Part shown: positions 24,712-36,289 of the stretch, piece by piece
Position numbering within the stretch: position 1 is the stretch's first letter
Layout: each line of letters starts with the position of its first letter
From: Ascidiella aspersa
Lineage: Eukaryota
Direction: 5' to 3'
Assembly (NCBI GenBank): GCA_963924565.1
Contig: OZ004608.1
Span: forward strand, 26,412,001 to 26,476,000
Length of the DNA stretch: 64,000 bases
Program-made: the position numbers and the translations under genes
Notes under the pieces: generated by a model
What the model saw: the letters and a program-made list of their open reading frames with translations, nothing else
What the model was told of the DNA's origin: nothing
Database searches by the model: none

Positions 24712-25073
24712 ATTTATACTATAGTTTATTTTAGATATGGCACTATAGCAGTAGATATGTTTCTTTAGGTTTATTGCATTTTTATGACGAAACTTTTTTG
24801 ACGCCATCTCGTAAAACTTTAATGACACTCCCCCAAACAAAAAATGTCTGAATCCGCCAATTCAATTTAAAAGGGATTTTGACCAGGCGAGAATCTAGAA
24901 TTTTTGTTTGGAGAGGAGGGGGCATAAATTCTTTTCCAAGGTGACGCCACAAAGATAGGTCAAAACATAACGTCACAAAGTTATACCTATAAATGTGGCG
25001 TCACAAAGTAATCTCACTGCACAGTTATAGTTTATTTTGTTGAACTTCTAGTTAGAGAGGTGTTACTTTTAAT

Positions 25074-25435
25074 CAGGGCTACGGAGTCGGTTTGTTTTGC
25101 TGGAGTCGGACTCGAGTAAGACCACGTAAAACTACCGGAGTCCGACATGCGTATGCGCAGTACCAAATTTTAAAACTGATATGGCCACCAACTGGAAATT
25201 GCAAAGGTGGAATATTGTCCAACCATGTATTGTGATTTGTGAGTAAATGAACTAAACGACACCCATATAAGTAAATTGCTGAATTCCACGTTATTTTAGT
25301 TACGTAAATTGACAGAATACAGGCTGTAGAGTCAGGGCCGGACTCGTGGCTCGACGAAATCGCACATTTGACCGGAGTCGGACACGGGGTTATTTTTGTG
25401 GCCGGAGTAGGTTGTTTTTAACCGACTCCCCATCT
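25074..25435. mobile_element. Second copy of the 10561 MITE family, reverse orientation
   Basis: CAGGGCTACGGAGTCGGTTTGTTTTGCTG...CATGCG.ATGCGCAGTACC...AAACTGATATGGCC matches the reverse complement of 10561-10961. Confidence 0.85.
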
Positions 25436-26231
25436 ACTTTCAATGCAAAAGCTATTGCAAAGATGCTATTGATTCACGTGCAGCGAAAATACTCTTTATT
25501 GTTTAATTTCTGAAAAAAACTTGATGGTGCGGCAGGCGAATACGAATTTATCAAACTGGGGTGAGACATACTGGTAACGAGAATGGGCTACTGCATCAGG
25601 CACCACATGAATGAGATTCCAATTCTGTTCGAAAGAATGCATTTGTTCAGCACTTAAATTTAACAAAGATGGTTATTTATAGAGCTTATTGTAAAAAAAA
25701 ATCTTAGTGAAAAGATTGAAACAAATATATACAGGTCTTTTTTGCTATTATAATTTTGTGCTGACATTGTGTGCTGTCTAGAACTTGGTCCTACAAGTAT
25801 GTTAAAACAAGAGACATTCTACTGCTTTTTACCTGGTAAAATAACCTAAAGTAGTATAGAGAACGTTTTCAAATAAATTTTAGACTTCTATAACAATTTA
25901 ACGTCAAATAGATTAAAATGAAATTACCAAATTACGTTAGTACCGGTCTTCAAAGGGTGCTCTCCTTACTAATACTTAAATAAACTTTGAGCAGTTTACA
26001 ATGTTGATTTTAGTCATTTGCATACAATATTTTCATTTACACAAAGTTCTTGATATTTTTTGCACTGTGTATCACTAGAAAACACTGCGTGTTCGCATCA
26101 TAACATTTATTTAAAGCTTAAACGTTTAGTTGTGAGAGAATCAGGATACTTCTTTTCATTCTCTACGTCTTGATAGACCCTTAATAAACCAGCTTACGCG
26201 GGCTTGGAGATGTTTTGGTGGTAATCAAGTA

Positions 26232-27552
26232 CTACTTCTTCTTCTTTTTCTGGATTGACGGTTGACTTTTTTGGGGTCTTTCAAATATCTTGGAAAGCTG
26301 TGGGTGGGCCGGTGTTTGGGCAAACTTAAACTTTAGTTTATCATATTGAATTGATTTCCACTTAGATTTTTCAGCATATGCTTTTTTAGCTTCTGCAGTG
26401 TCCTGAAGTTGCTGTTTATATTCAGCGATCCATTTTGGCATCTTTGACATGTTAATATCAATTTTCTTTTGCCTGTAAAATAATTAAAATTCCTGGCTAA
26501 TGCCACAAAAACTGCCTAGAAAACAAAAAAATAACCAACTTTGATAAAAAAGTCAGTGGATTCTATTGCTTGGATAGGTAAACTTGAAAGATTAGAATTA
26601 AAAAAAACAAACATTTTGTTTGAAAATTTTCTAGTACAAACCGCAACAAGGTAGTAGGTAAAATGTATTACATCTGGCAATTTTATAAATAAGGATCTAA
26701 TACATTGGTTGCCAAAGTAGGATCTGCAGACTAAATGGGGTCTTTAAATCAGTTGTATGGAGTCAATTAATATCCCTGTTAGTTTTATTATGATTGTATT
26801 TCTTTTGACATTGGCCTGTGTAGAGTAGTATTTTTCATTTTCAAGGTAATTTTCTTAAAAATTTAAAGGACTGTAAATCATTGAAAAAATGGAAAGAGTC
26901 TGTAAGGCAACTTGTTTACATTTTTTGGGGAATTCTTGATTGTGCACATCACACAGAAAATAAAGCTTAAATTTTAGATCTCAAATTGTATAGAGAACCT
27001 TTCAGCCTTTTTTCTTTCTGTTTTGCATTTCCTCTTTTCAATCTTTTTCTGCATATCTTGAAGGGTGGGCCACCATCTTTTTTCAGCTAAAATTTCCTCA
27101 GAAATTTCTTTGACTGATGGAAATAGTGAACCAGGGTCAATGTTTGATGCAGAGCCATCTCTAAAGTTAAAAAACAATTTTCACAAATAAACAACTGTCA
27201 GTATTTTACATTGCCTGGTTTTAGGGTAATTAATTTAAACATTTACCTTGCCCAAATCTTTCGATTTATATTTAATTTTTTATTCAAGCTTGGTCTTTGA
27301 TGTTGCTCAATTCTGTATTTTAACTGTTTGCTAAATGGCAAAGGATGATACCAGCACACCGACTGAAAAAAAAAACATATTTACTAGTGCTGTGTTGATT
27401 TATTGGTATGAAGACAGTGATTTAATTTATTTTAATACGTAAAAGTTGAACATCATATTTTCTATATTATATAACAACTATATACTTACTTGTATGTAGC
27501 TGTTTGCCTTAACAAACATAAATCCTGTCCTATTCATGGTTGATCCATTCAT
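26232..27552 (-). CDS. GADD45GIP1: GADD45-gamma-interacting protein 1 / CRIF1 (mitoribosomal mL64), ~193 aa
   Basis: Exons 27490-27552, 27247-27362, 26999-27160 and 26232-26472 total 582 nt. ARDGSASNIDPGSLFPS...WWPTLQDMQKKI...NMSKMPKWIAEYK resembles recalled ARYGAASGVVPGSLWPS...WYPSLATMQESL...CMAKMPQMI. The first exon is less certain. Confidence 0.82.
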
Positions 27553-28154
27553 GTAGTGACTTATCTTTAATGCCTTTATTTGCCACAAAAACAATCTTGT
27601 ATTCCCCCAAAAAAGATATATCACATGACACTGTAAGTTGTGAAAAATGTATGTAAAACAAAAAAATGGGAATTGAACCTTAAAATAGACAAAAAAATAA
27701 ATGTAACTGGACTGGAGTTTCAACTGCAAACACTAAAATTATGATTGATACCCCATACTTCCAGAACTTACTATATACAATTTTATTGAACATTATGGCC
27801 AGTAGATCGTAAAATCTGGACATAAAGACAGTTAAGGTCAAATGTGGGAGCAAACATACTAAGAAATAGAATTTTCGTTGTGATACAAGATAACTTGCTT
27901 AAAAGGGAGGGTGATACATCTCTAAAATAAAGCTGGTGACTTTTGTTTTCCGTATATATTTTTTTAATTTAGAAACCTTTATGCAAAGTATTAATTTAGA
28001 CAAAATATAAGTTACAATTAATGATGGAAAACTAACCTACTGGCAGCATTGATAAGTTTAAAAACATAAGAGTTATTTTTTTATAAAACGAATACATTTT
28101 ATAAACAAAAGTAGTAATCCACAATTAAAATGATCAGTTTTATTTAACCATCTA

Positions 28155-28628
28155 TCATGTGTTGGCATCAGGTAATGTTTTTGCAACTTGGGAGGAATTG
28201 TTTGGCTTCTCTGAAGTTGGCTGCTGCTGGCGTTGTAAAATGGCATCCATCATTGCTTGTTGCATCCTTATTCGCTTTCTAGTATAAAACTGCCAGTGAA
28301 GAAGCATCTGATCCTCTATAAATTTGGCACATGGAGTGTTCACAAGTTCTGACCGGAACTGCTTGTACTGCAGCAAGTCCAACATGTAAATGCATTGGGG
28401 GTACCTCAGGTACTTGACATACTTGGGCTCTTTCCAGTACAATAGATACTTTAGGTAGGCCACAAAGTTTGATTGCTTAAAGTAACCACGCTGTGCGAGA
28501 AAGTTCAAATAGTTTGGGTTTGCCAGGCACTGGACAAACTCCAGTTCAACTTGGAAACGGACCGAATCATTGGAGAGAGATGGTTTAAGAACCATTCCAC
28601 CAGGATTTAATCCATGGGGTAAATTCAT
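28155..28628 (-). CDS. MED31: Mediator subunit 31, intronless CDS
   Basis: RFQVELEFVQCLANPNYLNFLAQRGYFK..FVAYLKYLLYWKEPKYVKYLRYPQC is the MED31/SOH1 signature. Confidence 0.97.
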   Translation of the reverse strand: MNLPHGLNPGGMVLKPSLSNDSVRFQVELEFVQCLANPNYLNFLAQRGYFKQSNFVAYLKYLLYWKEPKYVKYLRYPQCIYMLDLLQYKQFRSELVNTPCAKFIEDQMLLHWQFYTRKRIRMQQAMMDAILQRQQQPTSEKPNNSSQVAKTLPDANT

Positions 28629-29703
28629 TTTTCCTTAAACAAAGTCTATCTATGTTAAATTTTGAAAAATATACAATAGAAACACTGTTATTTTTGTGTG
28701 TTCTTTTGATACATCAACATAAAATTGGGATGAAATAACAACTTTGTACATATTGCATATGTACAAAATATGGTAAAACTACAGTTTCTGGAGCACATGG
28801 ATACTTTGCTTGAAATTGTTTTATTCTACATATATATAAAATTAGGTTGCAAGTTTATTTAAAGTGTGGTCTGTATAGTGGTACTTTCTGGGAAAATAGA
28901 GTTTCTAACTGGGTAATTATACTATCCCATTACCAAATTATTCGGAAAATAATTTGGGTAATGTATGACGTAATGCTTACTACAGCTATTTATTTGGCTT
29001 GGGTCACGTATAATTATACTTATTCTCCTACGTTAATAGATTAATAAAAATACAACTCCTTCACCAATATGTTAAACGAGATATACGTATATTGAGAAGA
29101 CTTTTCTCAATCTCAAACATTACACCAAACAATAATACAAAATTACAAACTGAGCTTACTTTGGTAGCTCATGCGTATCAACTTAACAAAATAAATTTAA
29201 ACAAATAATAAAATTTAACAGCACCAACTTGGGTCGGGTAATAATAACAACGTTTACAAAAACTGGGATAAAATTAATTTATTTTTTACTACTTCTTAAA
29301 TATCAATTTGCTAATATAAGATTTAACGGTAGGTGTCAGTACATAGTTCAACTTGTTTTGTTGCTAGGTGCTGCAAGCCGCACACTTCAGATTCATTCTC
29401 TATTTTATTAAAAGGAACGTAGCCTTCTAGAAAATACATTAACCTACTAGGAAAATGTGTATTGGCTTTCGGAGATAAGGAAACGTGTATTGGCTTTTCG
29501 GAGACATTTGTAGCTTAATGTAAAAGCAGCTGTATTGCTAATGTGTTAACATACTATGTCTTTATTGACCGCATTGTATGGGTACTAATTTACGGAATGA
29601 TGAATGGTCGGAATAGTCGGAATTGTCGGAATGGAATGAATAGGGCCGAAACTAATTTGATAAATGGTCACAATACACGTGGTTTCAAAATAAAATTTTA
29701 TTT

Positions 29704-29906
29704 GGCGCTGGTCTAGAATCCTACCACAACGTTGAAATAATTATTAAGCAATGCATAATATGCGGGTTAGGGTGTCGGTTAGTGTTTGGGTGTGGGTAGG
29801 TCAAGTAATATTGTTTAACACTATTACTGGACTCACCCAAACCCAAACGCTAACCGGCACCCTAACCCAAATAATGTTCGTTGTGGTAGGATTCTAGACG
29901 AGCGCC
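29704..29906. mobile_element. Foldback MITE with long inverted arms, between MED31 and ZSWIM2
   Basis: GGCGCTGGTCTAGAATCCTACCACAACG...CGTTGTGGTAGGATTCTAGACGAGCGCC, plus inner GGGTTAGGGTG / CACCCTAACCC arms. Flanked by ttttattt on both sides. Confidence 0.8.
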
Positions 29907-30033
29907 TTTTATTTTAATAGATAGTTATGGTTATCCAATTGTTTACTTTACAAGTCACTCATTTTCAGCAAAGCTTTTAATTTTATATTACATTGTGTTA
30001 AATGGTTATACATAAAAAATTAAAATAGTTACA

Positions 30034-33000
30034 ATGAGTCGAAGTACTTTGTGGCAAAGGACCGCATCAGATGCCGTAAGCTGGCATCAAGACCAAGCTC
30101 TTCAATCAACTATTTATATTCTCAGAGAAGTTGGACCAACTTCTTTTCTTTTAAAAGAAGATGGAGAAACAAACAAGTTTAAGGTAGGCTACAACAACAT
30201 AGTTTCAATATTTTATGTTGCAGCCTATTGATTAGAGAAAACCCATCTGGAAAGCAGGGCCGAGTCGGTTTAAAATAACCCTAGTCCGACTCATGCCAAA
30301 ATAATTTTTCAGAGTTTGACTAAATGTGCAATTTCGTTGAGTCCCGAGTCTGGCTCTGACACTACAGCCAGCATTTCACCCATTTACGTAGCTAAAATAG
30401 AGTGGATATTAAGCAATCCACTCATAGAGGTGTCATACAACTGTTCCACCCACAATACATGGTTGGACAATATTCCACCATTTGCTATTAATCAGAATTT
30501 TCATTTGAATAACAAAATCCGCCTAAATCCGAATGGTGAAAACAAACTGGTTGCACATGAATGATAAAGATTAAACTAAGTACAGAACTTAGTAAACCGA
30601 AAATCAGTTTGTTTAGATGTTATAATATATATATTAAATATATAAAAATCTGAACAAACTGATTTTCGGTGAATTACTAAGTTCTGTACTTAGTTCAATC
30701 TTTACCATAATTTGCTGTTACACATTTTCAATTACAGTTTGCTGCCTTATCAGTTTAAAAATTTGGAAATGCGTATGTGCATGTCAGACTCGGGACTCGG
30801 GTAGTTTTATGTAGTTTTACTAGAGTCCCGTCCGATATTTATTTCTTGAAGTGCAGGTTTAGTCTGTTGAAAGAAAATGCAGGTGCACTTACCATAATTT
30901 CCATAGTGGGTTGAACAGAATAGACAACACAATAATCTTTATTTTTAAATCTAATGTAAACTTTAAAAACTTTTAAATTTTAAAAACAAGTTAAAAAATA
31001 AACTAAAATGAACAGGCACAGAAGGCATGCATCATTAAATGAACATTGCGGAGTATAATCACAAAGTTTGCGTTTTAAGGTTTCTTTGGGAGATCCTCAC
31101 TCTTGCAATTGTTCCACATTTCAAAAAGAAAAAGTGCCCTGTAAGCATATCTGCTGGATTCTTTTAAAGAAGTTCAAGCTGAACAGAAACAACGAATGTA
31201 ATACATAAAATGATGTAATGCCTATTTAAAATGAACAAAATCTTTTTAACTGGAATTTTTAATTTCAGCATCGTACCAACTAGGTTTGGTGGAGAGAGAA
31301 ATAAATGATCTTCTTAGAGGTCCAACCAAATCACAAATATTGTCAATCACCAAGCCCCAAGCAGAATCAGGGGGTAAGTTTATAAAGAGGCAAACAAATC
31401 ACATTTTTTATTCATAAAATAGTAAAAAAAAGGTAATTTTTTAAAGATCATTTTAGTGCTTTCTTATTTATTTGTTTTGACTCTTCAATATTTTGATTGC
31501 CTTTTAAATAGTTTTTATTTTTAGATGGTAATGATAAGGCATTGGAACAACGACCAATATCTGAGGATGATGTTTGTCCAATATGTCAAGATCAACTTCT
31601 GTGCAAGCGACTACCTGTCACATATTGTAGGCATGTAATATACACTAGATTTTGGTAAACTTAATTACAATAGTTTTGTCCTCCACTTCATATGGAAACC
31701 ATAATTTTAAAGCAGAAAAGTAGGAAGGATTTGTATATTATGCCAGATATCCACCTCCAATTGCTGGTAATCTAGCAGTATTGTTAGCAGGGGATTCAGG
31801 GGGCCACCAGGCCATGCCCTCAAAACTATATTTTTCGCCAAATCGTACTATGCGAAAACAAGAGTTTAGCGCAAAGATTTACAGTGTTTACTTCTTCTAG
31901 TCTGTTCCAATGAAATTTGTTGGTATGAATGTCACTGCATGTTATGGCATGTTGCACCACATGACGAATAAACTCTATAGTCCTTTCTTTTGAATTGGAG
32001 TATAAATGCCATTGTTTTTAACATTTTTGATTATTATTTTTATGCATCTAATGCCCATTTGCATTCAGTTTAAAGTTTTTCCTATTTAAATTTTGCTCAT
32101 GAGTTTACTGGAGAACAAGATGTGTTAATGAGATTAAATTTTATATGACGTCACATTATGACATAATTTCTAAAATCATCTTTGAAAAAATTTGGTTAAT
32201 GCAGTCATCAATAACTAAAGGTTGTTGGCAGTACAACGAAAAACATTGCACACACATAAACTCAATACTCTTTAATGTTGCTGTCAATAAACTTAAAATT
32301 TAATTAAATGCAAAGTATCTCAGGTCAGGTTATTTCACTTAAAAACAATTATAATTTGAATATTATAATATAATTTATACATATGTAAATTAAAATATAT
32401 ATATAAATATGCAAATATATATAAAAGTATTCCTTACTCCTGAAGCAACTCATTGTAATTTTTTTTGGAATATGTAGATATGGCTGTGGAAACAGTGTGC
32501 ACATAAAATGCATGAAAGTGTGGGCAGACCATCAGTTGCAATCGTCAGACAGCAAAGATATACAATGTCCATTCTGCCGCAACAATTTTGCCAGCCATGC
32601 CCACTTGTCGAAAGAACTGCGAAACACAATGAGTGAGCGAAGACAACTTTCCCAGCTTGATTCTCACCCGAACACATGTTGCGTGATATGCCGGATGTCA
32701 CCAATAAAGGTAATATTTAGTAGCTAAATAACTAAAATAGAGTTATCAGACCAAATTGGTAGTAAATGTTAAATATTTTGTTATGCTTGCTTATATCATT
32801 CAATATCATACGTGTGCTTGTCACAATTTTTGACCATAAATTTTTAAGTTTAACATTCAAATCGATGCTGGAGTAAAAATCCTTAATAAATTGTTAATGT
32901 ACTTAAAGACAGAAACAACATTGCAAACAAATTATTGTTTAGTTGGTATTTTATATATATATATTTTTTTTGCATTAAATTTTAATTTTCTTTTCTTTTA

Positions 33001-34649
33001 GGGAAAATGCTACCAATGTCAAACTTGCAAAGTCTATCACTTGTGCAACACCTGCTACCACAGCAAGCACCACATGCAACATGAATTTTTCTTCCGTGGA
33101 AAAAAAGCACAACGTTGGAGACCAGCCCCTTCAAGAAGCGAACTACCAAACGAAACGCTGAATCTTATTGGGACAGAATTGCAGTCAAGAGAAATCACTG
33201 AATCGGATTACGAACTACTGTTGGAATTAGAAAGGTATTTTGGTATTCAAATTCAAATTAATTTATTTAAGACAGGAGTTAAGAAGTTGAGTTGATGTAT
33301 ATACTTCCCATTTAATGTTTTAACAAATTACAATAATTTACAGACCTCAGAACTCAACAGAAATTCCAGTAGATTTGGCAGGCTTACCTGAACATATCAT
33401 CAACCGTTTGCCTCTAGTTAAAGTCAGAGCAGGCGGACAGTTGCTTGCCCCTGGAAGACAGTGCCGTTTGTGCTTGAGAGCATTTTGTGTTGGTCAATTT
33501 GTGCGAAAACTGCCACAATGTGGCCATTTGTTTCACAGGGAATGCATTGATCAATGGCTAAGTGAAGATCACAGGTGAGAAGTATTGACACAAACATAAT
33601 AAAGCACAGCTTGCACACTTATTACCAGAAAAAAATCATATATAGTTATGTTTAAGTTGTTGAACGGATGTTTGTTCCACAGTACTGATTTTTTGTGTAT
33701 GCCTATGTTTTATTGATCCAAGAAAAACCACAAAGGGTATAAAAAAGATCCAAAACAACTTTATTAATCAAGAGCAGAATACTATTTAATAGATTCTGTT
33801 TGAATAAGTTATTTTTTTGTGTTTGCAGAATCTTAGCAAAACTGACGATGGTATTTGTGCAACTATATAGTATTCTGTTCTTGTTGAATTCTTGTTAAAT
33901 ATTCTTAATATTAATATTTCATCAACAATATGTTTTATTGACTGTATTAAGTGTTAAATATTTTTATTGCTTTTGTGACAGATGCTGCCCTGTAGACCGA
34001 CAGCCTGTCACGGTTCCAAAAACAAAGGAAAATGCAAACATTAATTCACCTAAGGTTCAACATCCCACCAACTCATTTGGATCAAGCCACTTTTCCCAGC
34101 TAATTGTTCCAGGTATTGGTCTTGTAAGGACATCCTCTGTACCACTTGTTGGCAGTAAAAGAAGCGTTAATACAAAGTTACCAGCGAGCGTAAGGGTGCC
34201 AAGGTAAATATAAATTTTATAATGACATTTATTTTTGCCAGTTTGTAAACTCTTTTGTTTTTTTTCTGATGGTGGCAGTTGTTTTAAAAATTATTTGTGA
34301 ACATTTTAGGAGGCACAGTTCAAAATTGGGGAGAAAGAGAGAAGTTCCATGTCCTGACAAAGATTTAACTTTTGGTGATATCCTTATACAAGCTGATGCA
34401 ATTAAAAATACACCTGAAGAAATCAGTGTTGATGATCTAAACAACATGACCAGAGTAGCTTGCCTAACTCCTGCCCATATTTCACCACATATAAAACATA
34501 CACAAAAGTGCAAGCACATAATAGCAAAGCATAAAGTGCGCAATCACTATCTACGCGAGGAGAGTACACCACCATTGGGTATTAGAGAATCTTTTTCTTT
34601 AAATGGACAACACATTCTGAAGCCACATGCTGAGGTTGGTCACTTGTAA
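30034..34649 (+). CDS. ZSWIM2: E3 ubiquitin ligase ZSWIM2 (SWIM, RING, ZZ, RING)
   Basis: Approximate exons 30034-30183, 31080-31197, 31269-31373, 31525-31630, 32478-32709, 33002-33234, 33344-33574, 33982-34203 and 34311-34649. Motifs SWHQDQAL..IYILREVGPT, CNC..CKHICW, CPICQD..CGNSVHIKCM..CPFCR, CRLCL..CGHLFHRECID. Confidence 0.92.
30255..30832. mobile_element. Third copy of the 10561 MITE family, interrupted by a foldback insert (hairpin 30561-30708)
   Basis: Matches the 10561 copy on both sides of an insert flanked by tttgctatta / tttgctgtta. Insert arms are ~58 nt and near-complementary. Confidence 0.75.
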
Positions 34650-36289
34650 ACTTACCATTTGGTTTGTTTATGTGGGTCTGTCCACTCTTAAATATCATGA
34701 CCTGGTGTCTAAAATCCTGAATTTTGTTTTGATGTCAAAGTAAAGTATTTACTCATCTGCAAACTCGCCTTTTTACCTTATTTTCTTATTTAATGCATTT
34801 TATTTAGTTCGTTTTTATTTTGTGGTGCGAAAAACAAAGCAAAAACTTATTTTTGAGAGTATGTACAAACACATAACTATATTATTTTGTGTTTACAATT
34901 TGAGAAATTAAAGGTAGACACTGTTTTATGCTTTTTTGGGAAAAAAAATATAAGAAAAAAAATGCTGTTAAATAATTACCATGATTGTCCGCACTTTTAA
35001 GATTGGTTCAAGGAATTTCAAAAACTCATACATGCCAGCTACTGTTCCACAATTTGAAGAAGCTTATTCATACAATGAGAATCATCGGTTTCAACAACGT
35101 TAACTTGAAACTTGTGCTTACATTGAAGAGTCATTTTGCCATTTATGTTTTATATTGCCATATTAGGTGTTTATATGTGGTTGTTAATAAAAAAATACTC
35201 CAAATTTAGACCAGTGACGCTAAAATAAGATTTGACAATTAGCTGCTACACTTTCACTATAGACTAGCACTAGAGCAAGAAGTTTAAGCAAATACATTAA
35301 TAGATGTTTTGGATTTTTTTCTTGTTTTAAAGTTTAACAATCACTTTTTCGGTATAAGCTGCTGTTTGTCTTACATAATAAGAATCAAAATTATGAGGTT
35401 GTAGATGACTATCTGTGTTTATTCTTTATTGTGGCAAGTTTAACACCCACATCAAAGAATTTGTACTTTTGATAACACATATTTTGGCATAAATTTTCTT
35501 TCACCAGGCTAGTGCGAATAAAACCTATGCAGGTTCAAAAGAGTTTGCTTTGGCTTCACACATACAGTCATAGTAAGCGGCTCTCGAAAAGCAGTCAAGT
35601 TAATAAAGCCAAACAGACATAAACATACATGGCAAAGATAAAAAATGATGAACATATACAGCAAAATTAATATCATATGCAACTAGCTTTATTATAAAAA
35701 AATTAAAAGTGATATTTTAACAAGAGAGCAGACAAAACAACGAACACACACTTTTTAGACTTGATGATGACTGAACAATAAAATTGCATATAAATATTTA
35801 TATAATATTTCATATATAATAATATTTGTGTTTCCAGTGACTACTAGTGTAGCATGTTGTGTGTTCGCAAGCAAACATTTTACTGTCAATAACAAATACC
35901 TCCGACCCTCCGTGTGTTGCCCCGGTTTGTGCTTGGGTAGTTCACAACGCAATTTGCGCTTACAGGTAATTTTACGAACCCTAACTTGGCAAAAATCGCG
36001 TGGGGTTAAAATCCGTGCGTTAAAAAGCAAATCATGTACCCCAGACAAAAAAACGCGACGTAAAACATTTCGATCACACTTATGCTTGCACGTAGAAAGT
36101 TCGGTCAAACGTAGCGGCGCGCCCGCCTGACTCAGCACCCAGGAAAACAAGAGGCTTGTCCGCGATTAAAAGGCAAAATGTGTCGGTGCCTGTTGCCACC
36201 TGTCAAGTGCATCGCGCCAGCACGTTAGGCGAGTTCTTTCGTCCGTGTTAGTTGAGCAGCTTTACAGGCAAAGGGTTCGACCGGCGGCG

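Noticed and set aside
29155-29175. ATGAGCTACCAAA|gtaagc as a coding first exon of MED31
   Set aside because: Out of frame or terminated with either nearby acceptor. At most a 5' UTR exon or uORF.
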